NCBI GenBank assembly: GCA_963804995.1
Contig: CAWDSK010000003.1
Span: forward strand, 1-64,000
DNA: 64,000 nt
From: an uncultured Acidobacteriota bacterium
Lineage (GTDB): Bacteria; Acidobacteriota; Terriglobia; UBA7540
Direction of reading: 5' to 3'
This document shows positions 10,031 to 20,978 of the stretch, one piece after another (the first letter of the stretch is position 1; every line of letters begins with the position of its first letter). The translations under genes were made by a program, and so were the position numbers. Under the pieces are notes generated by a model that did not search any database, was not told the origin of the DNA, and saw only the letters and a program-made list of their open reading frames with translations.

Positions 10031-11389
10031 ATGAGTATGCAGAAAATCACCCTCTCGTTCCTCTTGTTCCTGGGCGCTGTAACTCTACTTCTTAACACCT
10101 CGCGTTCTGCGCAAGGTCAGGACTGGTTGAGCACCGGTATCAACCTTGGCGCGCCGAGGGTCAAACTGGCCGTCCCCGAGTTTCCTCCCAAATCGGTTGA
10201 CCAATCGCTGGTTAGCTTGACACAGGAGTTCAACCAAGTCCTTTGGAGCGACCTCGAAGACGCCGGAATCTTTGACATGGTCAGCAAGAGTTACTACCCC
10301 GTGAAAGTCCCGGAGGAGCCACTGGACGTGGACTTCAACGCCTGGACCAGCCCCCCGGCGTCTGCTCAGATGCTGGTGTTTGGCAAGACTGAGATTATCA
10401 ATTCCCAACTGGTGATTACGGGCCGCGTCTTTGACCTCGGAAATCAAGCCAACCCCGGCGTGCTGGCCAAACGCTACGTCTCCACCATGAATGAAGTCTC
10501 CACCCGCGAGGCAGCGCACCGTTTTGCCAATGAGATCATCCAGACGTTGGGTGGCGGAGTTCCTGGAATCAACCAGACACGCATCGCCTTCGTGAGCAGC
10601 CGCACACACCACTCGGAAATCTGGGTGATGGACTACGACGGATTTAATCAACATCCCCTCACGAGCTATGGCTCAATTTCCACCACGCCGCGCTGGTCAC
10701 CTGACAATGCCCGCTTGGCTTTCACCAGCTACACGTTGGGCAAATCAGTTGGCAATCCCGAGATTTACCTCTTCTCGTTCGAAATCAACCGGCGCATTCC
10801 GTTCCCGGCTTACCCTGGCCTGAATGCGACTCCGGCTTGGTCGCCCGACGGGAAGAAAATCGCTTTTTGTTCCAGCATGAGCGGCGACCCGGAGATTTAC
10901 ATTTCCGACCCGAATGGGATGAACCTACAGCGCCTCACCTTCTCAAAGGGCGTGGATATTTCTCCAGCCTGGAATCCCAAAACCGGGAACGAGATTGCAT
11001 TTGTCTCAGATCGGAGTGGTGCGCCGCAGATTTACATCATGTCTGCGGATGGCACCAACCTGCGCCGCATGACAACCGCCAAAGAGGGTGGCGACGCCAG
11101 CGGCCCCTCCTGGTCCCCCAATGGGCTTTTCATGGCCTTTCATTGGCGGGTCACCGAAACCGGAACCTATGACATTTATGTTATGGAGATTGCCAGCGGC
11201 CACATTATTCAGTTGACGCATGATGCGGGTCGTAATGAGCATCCCACTTGGTCGCCGGATGGCCGCCACCTGGCATTTGAATCCACACGGTCGGGGTCTC
11301 GCCAGATCTGGACGATGCTCGCCAATGGCCAGGATCCCAAGCAACTGACCAAGGATGGGGAGAACTGGAACGCCAATTGGTCGAATTGA
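10031..11389 (+). CDS. tolB: TolB beta-propeller protein
   Basis: Signal peptide, AHRFANEII, repeated PxWSPDG blades. Confidence 0.95.
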   Translation: MSMQKITLSFLLFLGAVTLLLNTSRSAQGQDWLSTGINLGAPRVKLAVPEFPPKSVDQSLVSLTQEFNQVLWSDLEDAGIFDMVSKSYYPVKVPEEPLDVDFNAWTSPPASAQMLVFGKTEIINSQLVITGRVFDLGNQANPGVLAKRYVSTMNEVSTREAAHRFANEIIQTLGGGVPGINQTRIAFVSSRTHHSEIWVMDYDGFNQHPLTSYGSISTTPRWSPDNARLAFTSYTLGKSVGNPEIYLFSFEINRRIPFPAYPGLNATPAWSPDGKKIAFCSSMSGDPEIYISDPNGMNLQRLTFSKGVDISPAWNPKTGNEIAFVSDRSGAPQIYIMSADGTNLRRMTTAKEGGDASGPSWSPNGLFMAFHWRVTETGTYDIYVMEIASGHIIQLTHDAGRNEHPTWSPDGRHLAFESTRSGSRQIWTMLANGQDPKQLTKDGENWNANWSN

Positions 11390-11723
11390 GTTTCTGACAA
11401 GTCCGCGGGAGGGATCGCGGAAAGGCTGCAAAGGCAAAGGAGAAAGCCGATCACGGGTTGCAAGTTTTCCGGGGTGTGGCTGCTGCAAGAAGCAGCAAAA
11501 CTGTCGTGACGACAATTCGTCGTGATGCAAGATATTTTGCAAAGCAAATCGTTGTGTTTTATTTTGTATTGATGTTAGTATCTGAAACCTTAAAACGTCT
11601 TTTTCTCACCTGGTGCTGGGAGGCTGTGTCATTTAGAACCCATCACCAGGAAGGGTAATTCCAAGTAGCTTCATGCACCCACGGGATTACGAGAATTTCT
11701 AGCTGATCAAGGAGGATTAAGAA

Positions 11724-12491
11724 ATGCCAACGAAGAAACGCAGTCTTGCGGTTCTTGCCGGAATCCTGGGAGTTGTTCTGCTGGTGGCCGCATGCCACAA
11801 GAAAACGGTGGCTCCACCGCCACCGCCGCCGCCCCCACCGCCACCGCCAGCCCCCACGGTTACGCTGACCGCAGAACCGAGTACAGTTGAGAAAGGCCAG
11901 TCCGTCACTTTGAGCTGGTCCTCTCAGAACGCCACGGAACTGGACTTGCAACCGGGGGTGGGTAAGGTCCAGGCCACAGGTTCCTCGTCTGTCACTCCGC
12001 AGGACTCGACCACCTACACCCTGACGGCCACCGGTCCGGGTGGCACGCAGAGCGCCACGGCGCGCGTCACGGTGACGGTACCTCCGCCACCTCCACCGCC
12101 TCCACCGCCGGTGCATGAGGTCAGTGAGGACACACTGTTTGATCAGAACGTCAAAGATGCATATTTTGATTACGACAAGGCCGACATTCGTTCCGACGCC
12201 GTGACAACCCTGACATCCGATGGAAACTTCCTGAAAGACCATCAGAGCATCAAGTTCACCATCGAGGGCAAGTGCGACGAGCGCGGGAGCGAGGAGTACA
12301 ACCTTGGTCTCGGTGACCGCCGCGCCACTGCTGCCAAGAACTTCCTAGTAACCGCGGGGGTAGGCGCAGACCGGATTTCGACGATCTCCTACGGCAAGAG
12401 CCGTCCGGTTAGTACTTGCAATCAGGCGGACCACACGGAAGATTGCTGGCAACAAAACCGCGTGGATCACTTCCACTACGGCGCCGAATAG
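11724..12491 (+). CDS. pal: Peptidoglycan-associated lipoprotein Pal with extra Ig-like domain
   Basis: Lipobox VAAC, two poly-Pro linkers, OmpA-like C-terminus YFDYDK...CDERGSEEYNLGLGDRRA. Confidence 0.92.
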   Translation: MPTKKRSLAVLAGILGVVLLVAACHKKTVAPPPPPPPPPPPPAPTVTLTAEPSTVEKGQSVTLSWSSQNATELDLQPGVGKVQATGSSSVTPQDSTTYTLTATGPGGTQSATARVTVTVPPPPPPPPPPVHEVSEDTLFDQNVKDAYFDYDKADIRSDAVTTLTSDGNFLKDHQSIKFTIEGKCDERGSEEYNLGLGDRRATAAKNFLVTAGVGADRISTISYGKSRPVSTCNQADHTEDCWQQNRVDHFHYGAE

Positions 12492-12502
12492 GTAGGCAGC
12501 GC

Positions 12503-12534
12503 GCAACCGGGAGTCTCGGAAGGCTCCCGGTTGC
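12503..12534 (+). terminator. GC-rich hairpin after pal (no clear U-tract)
   Basis: GCAACCGGGAG...CTCCCGGTTGC, 11-bp stem. Confidence 0.5.
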
Positions 12535-12555
12535 CTGCCTCACACAGTTCACTTT

Positions 12556-12948
12556 CCAGGCGACGCTCGCCGAGTCGAATTACAGGCCTCGGGCGAGGAC
12601 GATCGAAGCTTGGCGCGGATTCACGGCCCCAACAGTGTTCACGGGATCGCCCTAGGGGAGTGTTTTCTCCAGGGTGTTGATTCGGATTAGGTAGTCCTCT
12701 GTAGAGCGCCGGATTGGAGGTGGGATTACCTCTGTTCCGGCGCGTCGCGGCACACGGCGCCTAATCCAACCTGCCGTGCCCGGGGTGCTCGATGGCCTAT
12801 CCCCCTCATAACGTGGAAAAATAGGGCCTTCACGATAGGTGCGCTGCGCAGGAGGGTGCTGTTCTTAAACCTCCGGACTCTGCGGCGACAAGGCTCCTGG
12901 GGACTTGATTTCAGCATCTCCCCCGCAGAGGCCGACTGTTTTGCCTGG
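12556..12948 (+). ncRNA. Candidate large structured non-coding RNA, family not recognised
   Basis: Terminal stem plus at least six nested helices found by eye; G-U wobbles favour the + strand; no credible ORF. Confidence 0.45.
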
Positions 12949-13040
12949 TCACTACCCCTGCCCTGCCGGTTGACCCGCATGGCAGCAAAAGGTTAGACTG
13001 CGCAGATGGGCTTAAATTGCGATAGCGAGGGAAAAACATC

Positions 13041-13906
13041 TTGAGAAAGCAATCGATAGTGGTACTGATGGTGGGCTTGCTGCTCGCGGGGGACAGACTG
13101 CCTACGGCGTGAGTAGGGAAACTGTCCAAATGATGCAGCAACTTGACGAGTTGAAGCAGGCCATGGCTAACCTGCAAAAGACCGTCGATACGCAAACCGC
13201 AGTGCTGAAGACTTTGATCGAGCAGGCCAATGACAACGTCAACACCATGAAGGTCACGATCAACGATTTGCGTGGCACGATGCAGCAGAACCTGGCCTCA
13301 ACCAACGCGCATTTCGACACTATGACCAGTCAAATGCAAGCGCTGAGCGAGAGTCTGGAAGAAGCCAAGGCGAAGCTTTCCAAGCTGACCGACCAAATGG
13401 CCCAAACGCAAAACATTCTCCAGACGCTTCCCCCTGGGGGCGTGCAGCCAGCCGTGCCAAATCCTGCCAACCCCACCGGCGCGGTAACGCCTCCTAACCC
13501 CATGCCGGACGCCGATTCGCTTTACAACGCGGGGCTGAGTTATTACAACGGAGGCCAATATCCGCTGGCCATTCAGTCATTTCAGGATTATTTGAAGTAC
13601 TATGGCGAAAGTGATCGCGCTTCCAATGCCCAGTTCTATATCGGCGACTGCTATTACAGCCAGAAGAACTACGACCAGGCCGTCGAGGAGTACAATAAGT
13701 GCATCGAGCGCTATCCCACCGGGAACAAGCTTGCGGCTGCCCAACTTAAGAAGGGCTATGCCCTGCTGGCCCTCGAACAAAAATCTGCGGGCATTAAGGA
13801 ACTGCGCTCCTTGGTCCAGCGTTTTCCGGATACGCATGAAGCCGAGTTAGCCCGCCAGCGACTGAAGCAACTCAATATCGTCGTGCCGGCGCATAAGAAG
13901 GCCTAG
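13041..13906 (+). CDS. cpoB: CpoB/YbgF tol-pal TPR protein (signal peptide out of frame at a G-run near 13090)
   Basis: Coiled coil then TPRs (AQFYIGDCYY, YPTGNKLAAAQLKKG, LVQRFPDT); follows pal. Confidence 0.88.
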
Positions 13907-13980
13907 TCGTCCCGGGAGTGGCCCAGACCGGGCACCCTGTTAGGCACTAATCTTCGCACCCCTCCAGGGAGGAGATCCTC

Positions 13981-14454
13981 ATGTCGGGCACCATCAACAA
14001 GGTCATCCTGATTGGCCGTCTGGGTAAAGACCCGGAGGTCAAATACTTACCGAGTGGCGCACCGGTTGCTAAGTTCACCCTCGCCACCGACGAGTCCTTT
14101 AAAGATCGCACGGGCGAACAGCAAAAGCACACCGAGTGGCACAACATTGTGGCCTGGAATAAGCTGGCGGAAATCTGCGGCGAGTACCTGACCAAGGGCA
14201 AACTGATTTATATCGAAGGCTCCATCCGCAGCCGGCAGTGGGAAGACCAGGCCGGCAACAAGCGGACCTCCTATGAGATCATAGCCCGCAACATGCAAAT
14301 GCTAGGGTCGAAGGCCGAGTCCGAGCGCATGGGTTCAGCGGGCATGGAACGTGCCGCGCCTGAGCGCCATGCGCCTGCCCCGTCGCCTCAACCCCCTGCA
14401 GAACCCTCGGCTCCCCCCGAGCCCGAAATCAGCGACGAGGATATTCCATTCTAA
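13981..14454 (+). CDS. ssb: Single-stranded DNA-binding protein
   Basis: NKVILIGRLGKDPE, TEWHNIV, C-terminal DEDIPF. Confidence 0.97.
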   Translation: MSGTINKVILIGRLGKDPEVKYLPSGAPVAKFTLATDESFKDRTGEQQKHTEWHNIVAWNKLAEICGEYLTKGKLIYIEGSIRSRQWEDQAGNKRTSYEIIARNMQMLGSKAESERMGSAGMERAAPERHAPAPSPQPPAEPSAPPEPEISDEDIPF

Positions 14455-14649
14455 GAGGGGTCCTCAGTCCACACGTTGCGTCGTCGCTCCGGGCGGGTCA
14501 TTTCGCGGATCCACAGCGAGCGTGAATCAGCGTACTGAAATTCCTTGGCTGGTGGAAGGTATTCCTGTTTAAATCTGCTGCCGTTCGGACGCGACCCACC
14601 GTCTGGCTAAGGCAGAAAAGCACGGTTCAGCCCTGTGTGAGTGGGGGGG

Positions 14650-15039
14650 TCACTGCGCGGGGGGTGGCGAGGCTTGGCGGCGCCTGCGCCGTTCATCGAT
14701 CTGCCGGACCAGTTCATCAAACTTCTTCACTTGGTCAGGATTCAGGACCTGTCGAATCCGATTGCGATTCTCCTGGTGGATGGCCTGCACCTGCGGGTCT
14801 GTCTGGTTCTGGATTTCCCTTATCTTTTGGGAACCCTCGTCAAATATCTGGCCAATCTGCTGAACCTGGGACTCAGAAAGGTTCAGCTCCTTTTTCAGGT
14901 GTGCCAAGGTACGCTCTTTGTTGAAGCCGCGGCGGGCAATGCGGCCCGACGACCATAGAAAGTAATATACGCCCAGCCCTCCGAGGGCAACTCCCAGGAC
15001 AAATGTTACCGTAAAGTAAATGTAAACGCGGCGTGTCAT
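14650..15039 (-). CDS. Periplasmic helical protein (Spy/CpxP-like) in ECF operon
   Basis: TM segment, LKKELNLSESQ and VLNPDQ (LTxxQ-like) motifs. Confidence 0.65.
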   Translation of the reverse strand: MTRRVYIYFTVTFVLGVALGGLGVYYFLWSSGRIARRGFNKERTLAHLKKELNLSESQVQQIGQIFDEGSQKIREIQNQTDPQVQAIHQENRNRIRQVLNPDQVKKFDELVRQIDERRRRRQASPPPAQ

Positions 15040-15045
15040 TTCATC

Positions 15046-15522
15046 TCATTTCGTGGTCGAGGGCGCAATCGTTTCCCCTTCCATTGCATCCGGAACATCC
15101 AGCAAGAGGTTATCGCCGATGGGATCTGCACGCGCCAGGGTTGCTTCCTGGGCAGGCATGAGCTGGTCAGGCGTGGCCTGCCCGCGAATCGGTCCCGTCG
15201 ACGGCAACGTCAAGGCCAACAGCGTCAGGAATGTCAACGCGAGCGTCGCATACACAAAGCGCCGGCCGATCTGCTCGAAGAACTCAACCACACTGGGTGG
15301 GCTGGTCAATTCCCCTAATTGGCGAACCAAGCGTTCTGCAAAACCCAGAGAAGGCTCGGGCACCGGCTCCCGCTTCAGCACCTGGAACCCTGCCCGTACC
15401 AAGCCGAGATCCCGAATGTACTGCGCGCACGCCGCACATTGAGCCAGGTGCTGACGGACTTCAGGGGTCTCTTTTCCGTTCCATAGGCCGTCCAGGCGTT
15501 CTCGAACATCGTCACAACGCAT
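15046..15522 (-). CDS. Zinc-finger (HxxxCxxC) anti-sigma factor
   Basis: HLAQCAAC plus TM helix, directly after a sigma factor. Confidence 0.85.
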   Translation of the reverse strand: MRCDDVRERLDGLWNGKETPEVRQHLAQCAACAQYIRDLGLVRAGFQVLKREPVPEPSLGFAERLVRQLGELTSPPSVVEFFEQIGRRFVYATLALTFLTLLALTLPSTGPIRGQATPDQLMPAQEATLARADPIGDNLLLDVPDAMEGETIAPSTTK

Positions 15523-15525
15523 GGC

Positions 15526-16143
15526 TTATTTCTCCTCCCGCCACTGCTTTAAATCCTCAAGCATCCGCTTCCGGGCACGGTGCAGCCGAACCTTAACCGT
15601 CGTGGGCTTCAATTTCAGGATCTCCGCAATCTCTTCCACAGAATAATCCTGTAACTCTTTCAAGACCAGAATTTGTCGGTCATTTTCCGGGGCGCGATCC
15701 AGGAGTTTACCCACCAGGTCGCGGAGGACGGTCTTTTCTTCGTGATCCAGCGCATCCTCCGGCAGACTTTCAACGTTACTCTCCAATTCGCGCTGACTGT
15801 CTTCCCCCATCTGCCAATAGAAGCTGACCCGCGATGCACGTTCGTGCCGCAAGTAGTCGTAGCAGTGATTGGTTGCAATGCGACTGAGCCATGTGGCGAA
15901 AGATGATTGGAAGTTGTAACTGCGAATCGCCCGGAAGGCTTTGATAAAAATCTCCTGGGCAAGATCCTCCACCTCATCGCGCCTGCGGACCAGATGGTAT
16001 ACCAAGGCGAAGACACGCTGCTGATGTTTTTGAACCAGCGGTCCGAAAGCCTCGGAGTCGCCTTGCTGCGCCCGCTTAATCGCCTCAATCTCTTGGGCCA
16101 GCTCGGCCGGGGAGTTTGGCATCGCACTTCCATCTACTGCCAT
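15526..16143 (-). CDS. ECF RNA polymerase sigma factor
   Basis: EDLAQEIFIKAFR, FATWLSRIATN, TVKVRLHRAR. Confidence 0.93.
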   Translation of the reverse strand: MAVDGSAMPNSPAELAQEIEAIKRAQQGDSEAFGPLVQKHQQRVFALVYHLVRRRDEVEDLAQEIFIKAFRAIRSYNFQSSFATWLSRIATNHCYDYLRHERASRVSFYWQMGEDSQRELESNVESLPEDALDHEEKTVLRDLVGKLLDRAPENDRQILVLKELQDYSVEEIAEILKLKPTTVKVRLHRARKRMLEDLKQWREEK

Positions 16144-16265
16144 CCCTCATTGATTCCGACGAGGGAGACCCTTCCGGGGTTACAGTGACAAGATGACTGA
16201 TTTCTAATCAAATTCTAATCGAAATTCTAGTTGACCAGTTAATCACTTTGTGAAAGAATGCGCAC

Positions 16266-16638
16266 ATGATTATTGGGTCACGTCTAAAGAAATTAAGAGA
16301 AGAACGGAACCTTTCACAGGGTGACATCGAAAAACGCACCGGGCTATTGCGGTGCTATATCTCGCGAGTAGAGAACGGACACACCGTTCCTTCCCTAGGA
16401 CCCTCAGAGGTTGGCGGCGGCTTTGGAACTCCCACTTTACCAATTGTTCTCCGAAGGGGAAGAGCCGCCTCCGTTGCCAAATCTGAGCAAACGGCAGACA
16501 ACTGAAGAGTTGGTTCTCGACGCCGAGCAGGAAAAGGAACTGCGTTTCTTCAAGAAAGTCAAACGGCTTCTCACTAGGATTGATGAGAAGGACCGCCAAC
16601 TCTTGTTGTACATGGCTCAGAAACTGGCGAGCCGCTAA
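16266..16638 (+). CDS. XRE-family HTH regulator (apparent frameshift near 16400)
   Basis: LSQGDIEKRTGLLRCYISRVENGHTVPS continues in another frame as LAAALELPLYQLF. Confidence 0.8.
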
Positions 16639-16699
16639 GGCTACTCGTTTCAGTCACTAGGTGACGTGTCTCTGCGCGACGGCAGAGGCCAAGGGTGGA

Positions 16700-18238
16700 T
16701 TATTCCCACTCAATGGTCCCAGGTGGCTTCGAGGTAATATCGAAGACCACACGGTTCACACCCTTCACCTCGTTGACTATACGAGTTGCCATCGCTTGGA
16801 GGAGTGTCGGCGGCAGTTGCGCCCAGTCCGCTGTCATCCCATCTTCGGATTCGACCGCCCGGATGCCTATGGTGGACGCATAGGTTCGGGCGTCCCCCAT
16901 CACTCCCACACTTGAAACGGGCAAGAGAACGGCAAACGACTGCCACAGCCGGTTGTAAAGTCCTGCAGCGCGCACCTCTTGTTGGACTATGGAATCAGCC
17001 TCTCGTACCATCCGTAGCCTTTCGACGGTGACTTCCCCGACAATCCTGACGGCCAATCCCGGTCCCGGAAAAGGCTGCCGGCTCACCAGCAATTCATCCA
17101 AGCCAAGTTGGCGCCCCACGGCACGAACTTCGTCCTTAAAGAGTTCGCGCAACGGCTCAATCAGCTTGAACTTCAAATCGGAAGGCAACCCACCCACATT
17201 GTGGTGGCTTTTGATTGAAGCCGAGGGACCCTTGACGGAAACTGATTCGATGACGTCCGGGTAGAGGGTTCCCTGCACCAGGAATTCAACGTTGCCGAGG
17301 GCCCGGGCTTCAGCCTCGAACACGCGGATAAACTCTTCCCCAATAATTTTCCGCTTCCGCTCGGGATCGGTGACACCCGCCAAACGTGTCAGGAAACGCT
17401 CTGAGGCGTCAACGGCCTTTACGTTCAGATGCGCCTGCTCCCGCAGCTTGGTGCTTACTTGTTGGAACTCATCCTGGCGCAGCAGGCCGTTGTCCACAAA
17501 GACGCAAGTCAGCCGATCGCCCAAGGCCCGCCCCACGAGCGTCGCCGCCACCGCCGAATCAACGCCTCCGGAAAGCGCGCAGAGTGCTTTCTTGTCCCCG
17601 ACTAGCTCACCCACCTGCTGCACGGTCTGGTCGATGAACGACCCCGGAAACCAATTCGGCTTGATGCCGGCGACGTTTGAAACGAATCGTTGCAGGATGT
17701 CGCGGCCGCGCGTGGTGTGGTGGACCTCGGGGTGGAACTCCACCGCGTACATGCGCGCCTGGGGATTCTCGATGACGGAGATGGCATTCAGGGTCCGACC
17801 CGTGATGCGGAAGCCAGGTGGGACCTCCACCACGTGGTCGCCGTGGCTATTCCAAACCTTGAGGGGCGAGGGGAAGCCAGTCAACAGTTGCGAGGACGGG
17901 AGGATATCAAGCTCCGCAAACCCGTATTCGCGCCGCCCCGCGGGCTCGACTTTGCCCCCCAGCTTGTATGACATCCATTGGAAGCCATAGCAAATACCGA
18001 GCACAGGCAGGTTGAGCTTTAGCACCCGTTCGTCGCAGACCGGCGAGGAGGGGTCATAAACCGACGAGGGTCCGCCCGACAGAATCAGCGCCTGGGGGTT
18101 CATGCGCACCAGATCCTCAAAGGGCAGGTTGCACGGCGCGATAACCGCATAGACCTGAAGCTCGCGAATCCGCCGTGCAATCAGTTGCGTGTACTGCGAA
18201 CCGAAGTTGAGAACCAGGACGGGTTGGGGGGTGTGCAT
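16700..18238 (-). CDS. guaA: GMP synthase (glutamine-hydrolysing)
   Basis: SGGPSSV, LGICYG, SGGVDS, IKSHHNVGGLP, TSKPPGTIEWE. Confidence 0.97.
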   Translation of the reverse strand: MHTPQPVLVLNFGSQYTQLIARRIRELQVYAVIAPCNLPFEDLVRMNPQALILSGGPSSVYDPSSPVCDERVLKLNLPVLGICYGFQWMSYKLGGKVEPAGRREYGFAELDILPSSQLLTGFPSPLKVWNSHGDHVVEVPPGFRITGRTLNAISVIENPQARMYAVEFHPEVHHTTRGRDILQRFVSNVAGIKPNWFPGSFIDQTVQQVGELVGDKKALCALSGGVDSAVAATLVGRALGDRLTCVFVDNGLLRQDEFQQVSTKLREQAHLNVKAVDASERFLTRLAGVTDPERKRKIIGEEFIRVFEAEARALGNVEFLVQGTLYPDVIESVSVKGPSASIKSHHNVGGLPSDLKFKLIEPLRELFKDEVRAVGRQLGLDELLVSRQPFPGPGLAVRIVGEVTVERLRMVREADSIVQQEVRAAGLYNRLWQSFAVLLPVSSVGVMGDARTYASTIGIRAVESEDGMTADWAQLPPTLLQAMATRIVNEVKGVNRVVFDITSKPPGTIEWE

Positions 18239-18259
18239 TTTATGGTCCAGAACAAGAAT

Positions 18260-18405
18260 AAGCTTTCAGCGCTCAGCGGTCAGCCATCAGCTCAGAAGAA
18301 AACACGCTTGCTGGTGCTGCGCATTGAGATTGAGATGACCGTTGCCGGCGTGTAGTAATGACCCACCTCAGAGCTGAGCGCTGAAAGCTGAACGCTGACA
18401 GCTTC
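18260..18405. repeat. Inverted clusters of degenerate 7-bp repeats (TCAGCNN / NNGCTGA)
   Basis: ttcagcg ctcagcg gtcagcc atcagct ... agctgag cgctgaa agctgaa cgctgac between leuS and guaA. Confidence 0.7.
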
Positions 18406-18413
18406 TTTCAATC

Positions 18414-20922
18414 CTACTTCGCCACAATACTTACCAGCTTCTGCGGAACGACAATCATCTTCACGACACGCAGTCCTGCCAGATGCTGGATGACTTTCTC
18501 CTCTGCCAGGGCGCGAGTGCGAATCTCTTCTTCCGTGGCGCTCATCGCCACTCGAATCCGCGCCCGCAGTTTGCCATTCACCTGTACGGGCAATTCCAGC
18601 TGGTCTTCCGCTGCCAGGTCAGGATCGAAGGCGGGCCAAGGGACCTTGAGCATGGGTTCCCCGTGGCCGAGCCCTTCCCAGAGTTCGTCTCCCACGTGCG
18701 GGGCGAAGAGCGAAAGGATCACCACCAGGAACTCCAACGCCGTCTTGTAGACGGCGGGGCGAATCGTCCCCGCCTCGACTGCCACATCGAGATCGGTCAG
18801 TTCATTGACCAGCTCCATGGCCATAGCGATGTCAGTGTTGAAGTGCCAGCGCTCTTCCATATCCTCGGTAACATGCCGCAGCGTCTGGTGGGCCTTGCGA
18901 AGCAGCCGGCGCTCCTCGGCGGTCAGGGAAGTCTTTTCCTCGGCGTCCAAGTTCCCTGCCCTCGCGTCCCTTAGCTTGTCGGAGTGCTTCGCCACCAGCC
19001 TGTAGACGCGGCCCACAAACCGCGAGGCGCCTTCAATGCCGGCGTCGCTCCAATCCAAATCTTTTTCGGGAGGCGCTGCGAACAACATGTAAATGCGCGT
19101 AGTGTCGGCGCCGTACTTTGCGAACATCGCCGTCGGGTCTACCACGTTGCCTTTCGACTTTGACATCTTCGACCCATGCATGATCACCATGCCCTGCGTG
19201 AACAAGCGCGCCACGGGTTCCGAAAAATCCACCAGGCCGATGTCCCGCATGACCTTGGTGAAGAAGCGCATGTAGATGAGATGCAGGATGGCGTGCTCGA
19301 TGCCGCCAATGTATTGGTCCACGGGGAACCAGTACTTCACCACATCTTTGTTGATGGGCGCCGTCGCGATCTTCGGGTCCGTATAGCGGTAGAAATACCA
19401 GGAGGAATCGACGAACGTATCCATGGTATCGGTCTCACGCCGAGCAGGCTTCCCGCACTTGGGGCACGTGGTATTTACAAACTCCGGCACGTCCGCGAGC
19501 GGCGAGTGCCCGCGCCCCGTCAGCTTGATGTTCTGCGGCAGAATCACGGGCAAGTCTTTTTCCGGTACCGGGACAATGCCACACCCATCGCAATAGACCA
19601 TGGGAATAGGCGTACCCCAGTATCGTTGCCGGGAGATGCCCCAGTCCTTGATGCGATATTGAATGGTGCCTTGGCCAAAGCCCTGGGTTTCCGCGTCGCG
19701 AGTCATGCGCTCAATGGCAGATTCTGAACTCAAACCCGAATAAACTCCCGATGCCACCAGGCGGCCGTATTCGGTCTCTGCCCGCAGGGGCGGGTCGATC
19801 CAAACATCGGACTTGGCCGACGAGGGCACAATCACGGTGCGGATGGGCAGCCCATAGGTGGTGCAAAACTCAAAATCGCGTTCGTCGTGTGCCGGAACTG
19901 CCATGACCGCGCCGGTGCCGTACTCCATCAATACAAAGTTGGCAAGCCAGATGGGGACGGCTTCTCCGTTATACGGATTGCGCGCCCGGAAGCCTGTGTC
20001 AGCGCCCAGCTTGGCCAGGTTCACATCCACACGCGCCGGCACGGCAGAGGACTTGATGCGCTCGACATCTTGACGAAGTTTCTCGGGCGTCCGCGAGCGC
20101 TCGACGAGTTCCGCCACCAGGGGATGTTCGGGGGCAAGGAATACGGCCGTGCAGCCAAAGATCGTATCCACGCGCGTGGTGAAGATGCGCAACGGCTTCC
20201 CCAGACCTTCCACCGTGAAATCCACGAATGTCCCGATCGACTTCGCAATCCAGTTCTGCTGCATGGTCAGGACACGTTCGGGCCAGCGGACCAATTGCTT
20301 CATGTCGGCGAGCAACTGCTCCGCATACGCAGTGATCTTCAAGAACCACTGCTTCGAGCTCGCGTTCGATGACCGGCGTCTCCTCGTGCCGCCAGCAGCA
20401 GCCGTCGACGACCTGCTCGTTGGCAAGCACGGTTTCGCACTGCGGGCACCAGTTCACACGACTCTTCTTGCGATAGGCCAGGCCGCGCTCATACATTTTC
20501 AAGAAGAACCATTGGTTCCAACGGTAGTATTCCGGAACGCAGGACGCGATTTCGCGCCGCCAGTCGTAACTCACACCCAGGCGCTGGAGTTGGCCGCGCA
20601 TGCGGTCGATGTAAGTAAAGGTGAATTCCGAAGGGTGGCGCTGGTGCTTGATGGCGGCGTTTTCCGCCGGCAGCCCGAAGGCGTCCCACCCGATGGGATG
20701 CAGGATATTGTAACCTTTCATCCACATGTAACGCGCCAGCGCGTCGCCGATGGAGTAGTTGCGCACGTGGCCCATGTGAATGTCGCCCGAGGGGTAAGGC
20801 AGCATCTCCAAAACATAGTATTTCTTCCGGCCGGGCTCAGCCTCAGTCTCAAACAGCTTTTCATCAGCCCAGCGCTTCTGCCACTTCGTTTCTATTTGTT
20901 GAGGATCGTAGTTAGGGTCCAT
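18414..20922 (-). CDS. leuS: Leucine--tRNA ligase (apparent frameshift near 20354)
   Basis: [11 protein letters not shown] (HIGH), [29 protein letters not shown]. Confidence 0.97.
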
Positions 20923-20978
20923 GTTCTAAATTCTGAATTCAGAATTCTTCCCTTTCACTCACCACCTGCTGTCAGCCA

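Noticed and set aside
12556..12980. RNase P, tmRNA or HEARO/omega RNA identity for the structured region
   Set aside because: No GAGGAAAGUCC, no tRNA-like ends or tag frame, and only a weak GTCACTACCCC resemblance with no IscB/TnpB nearby.
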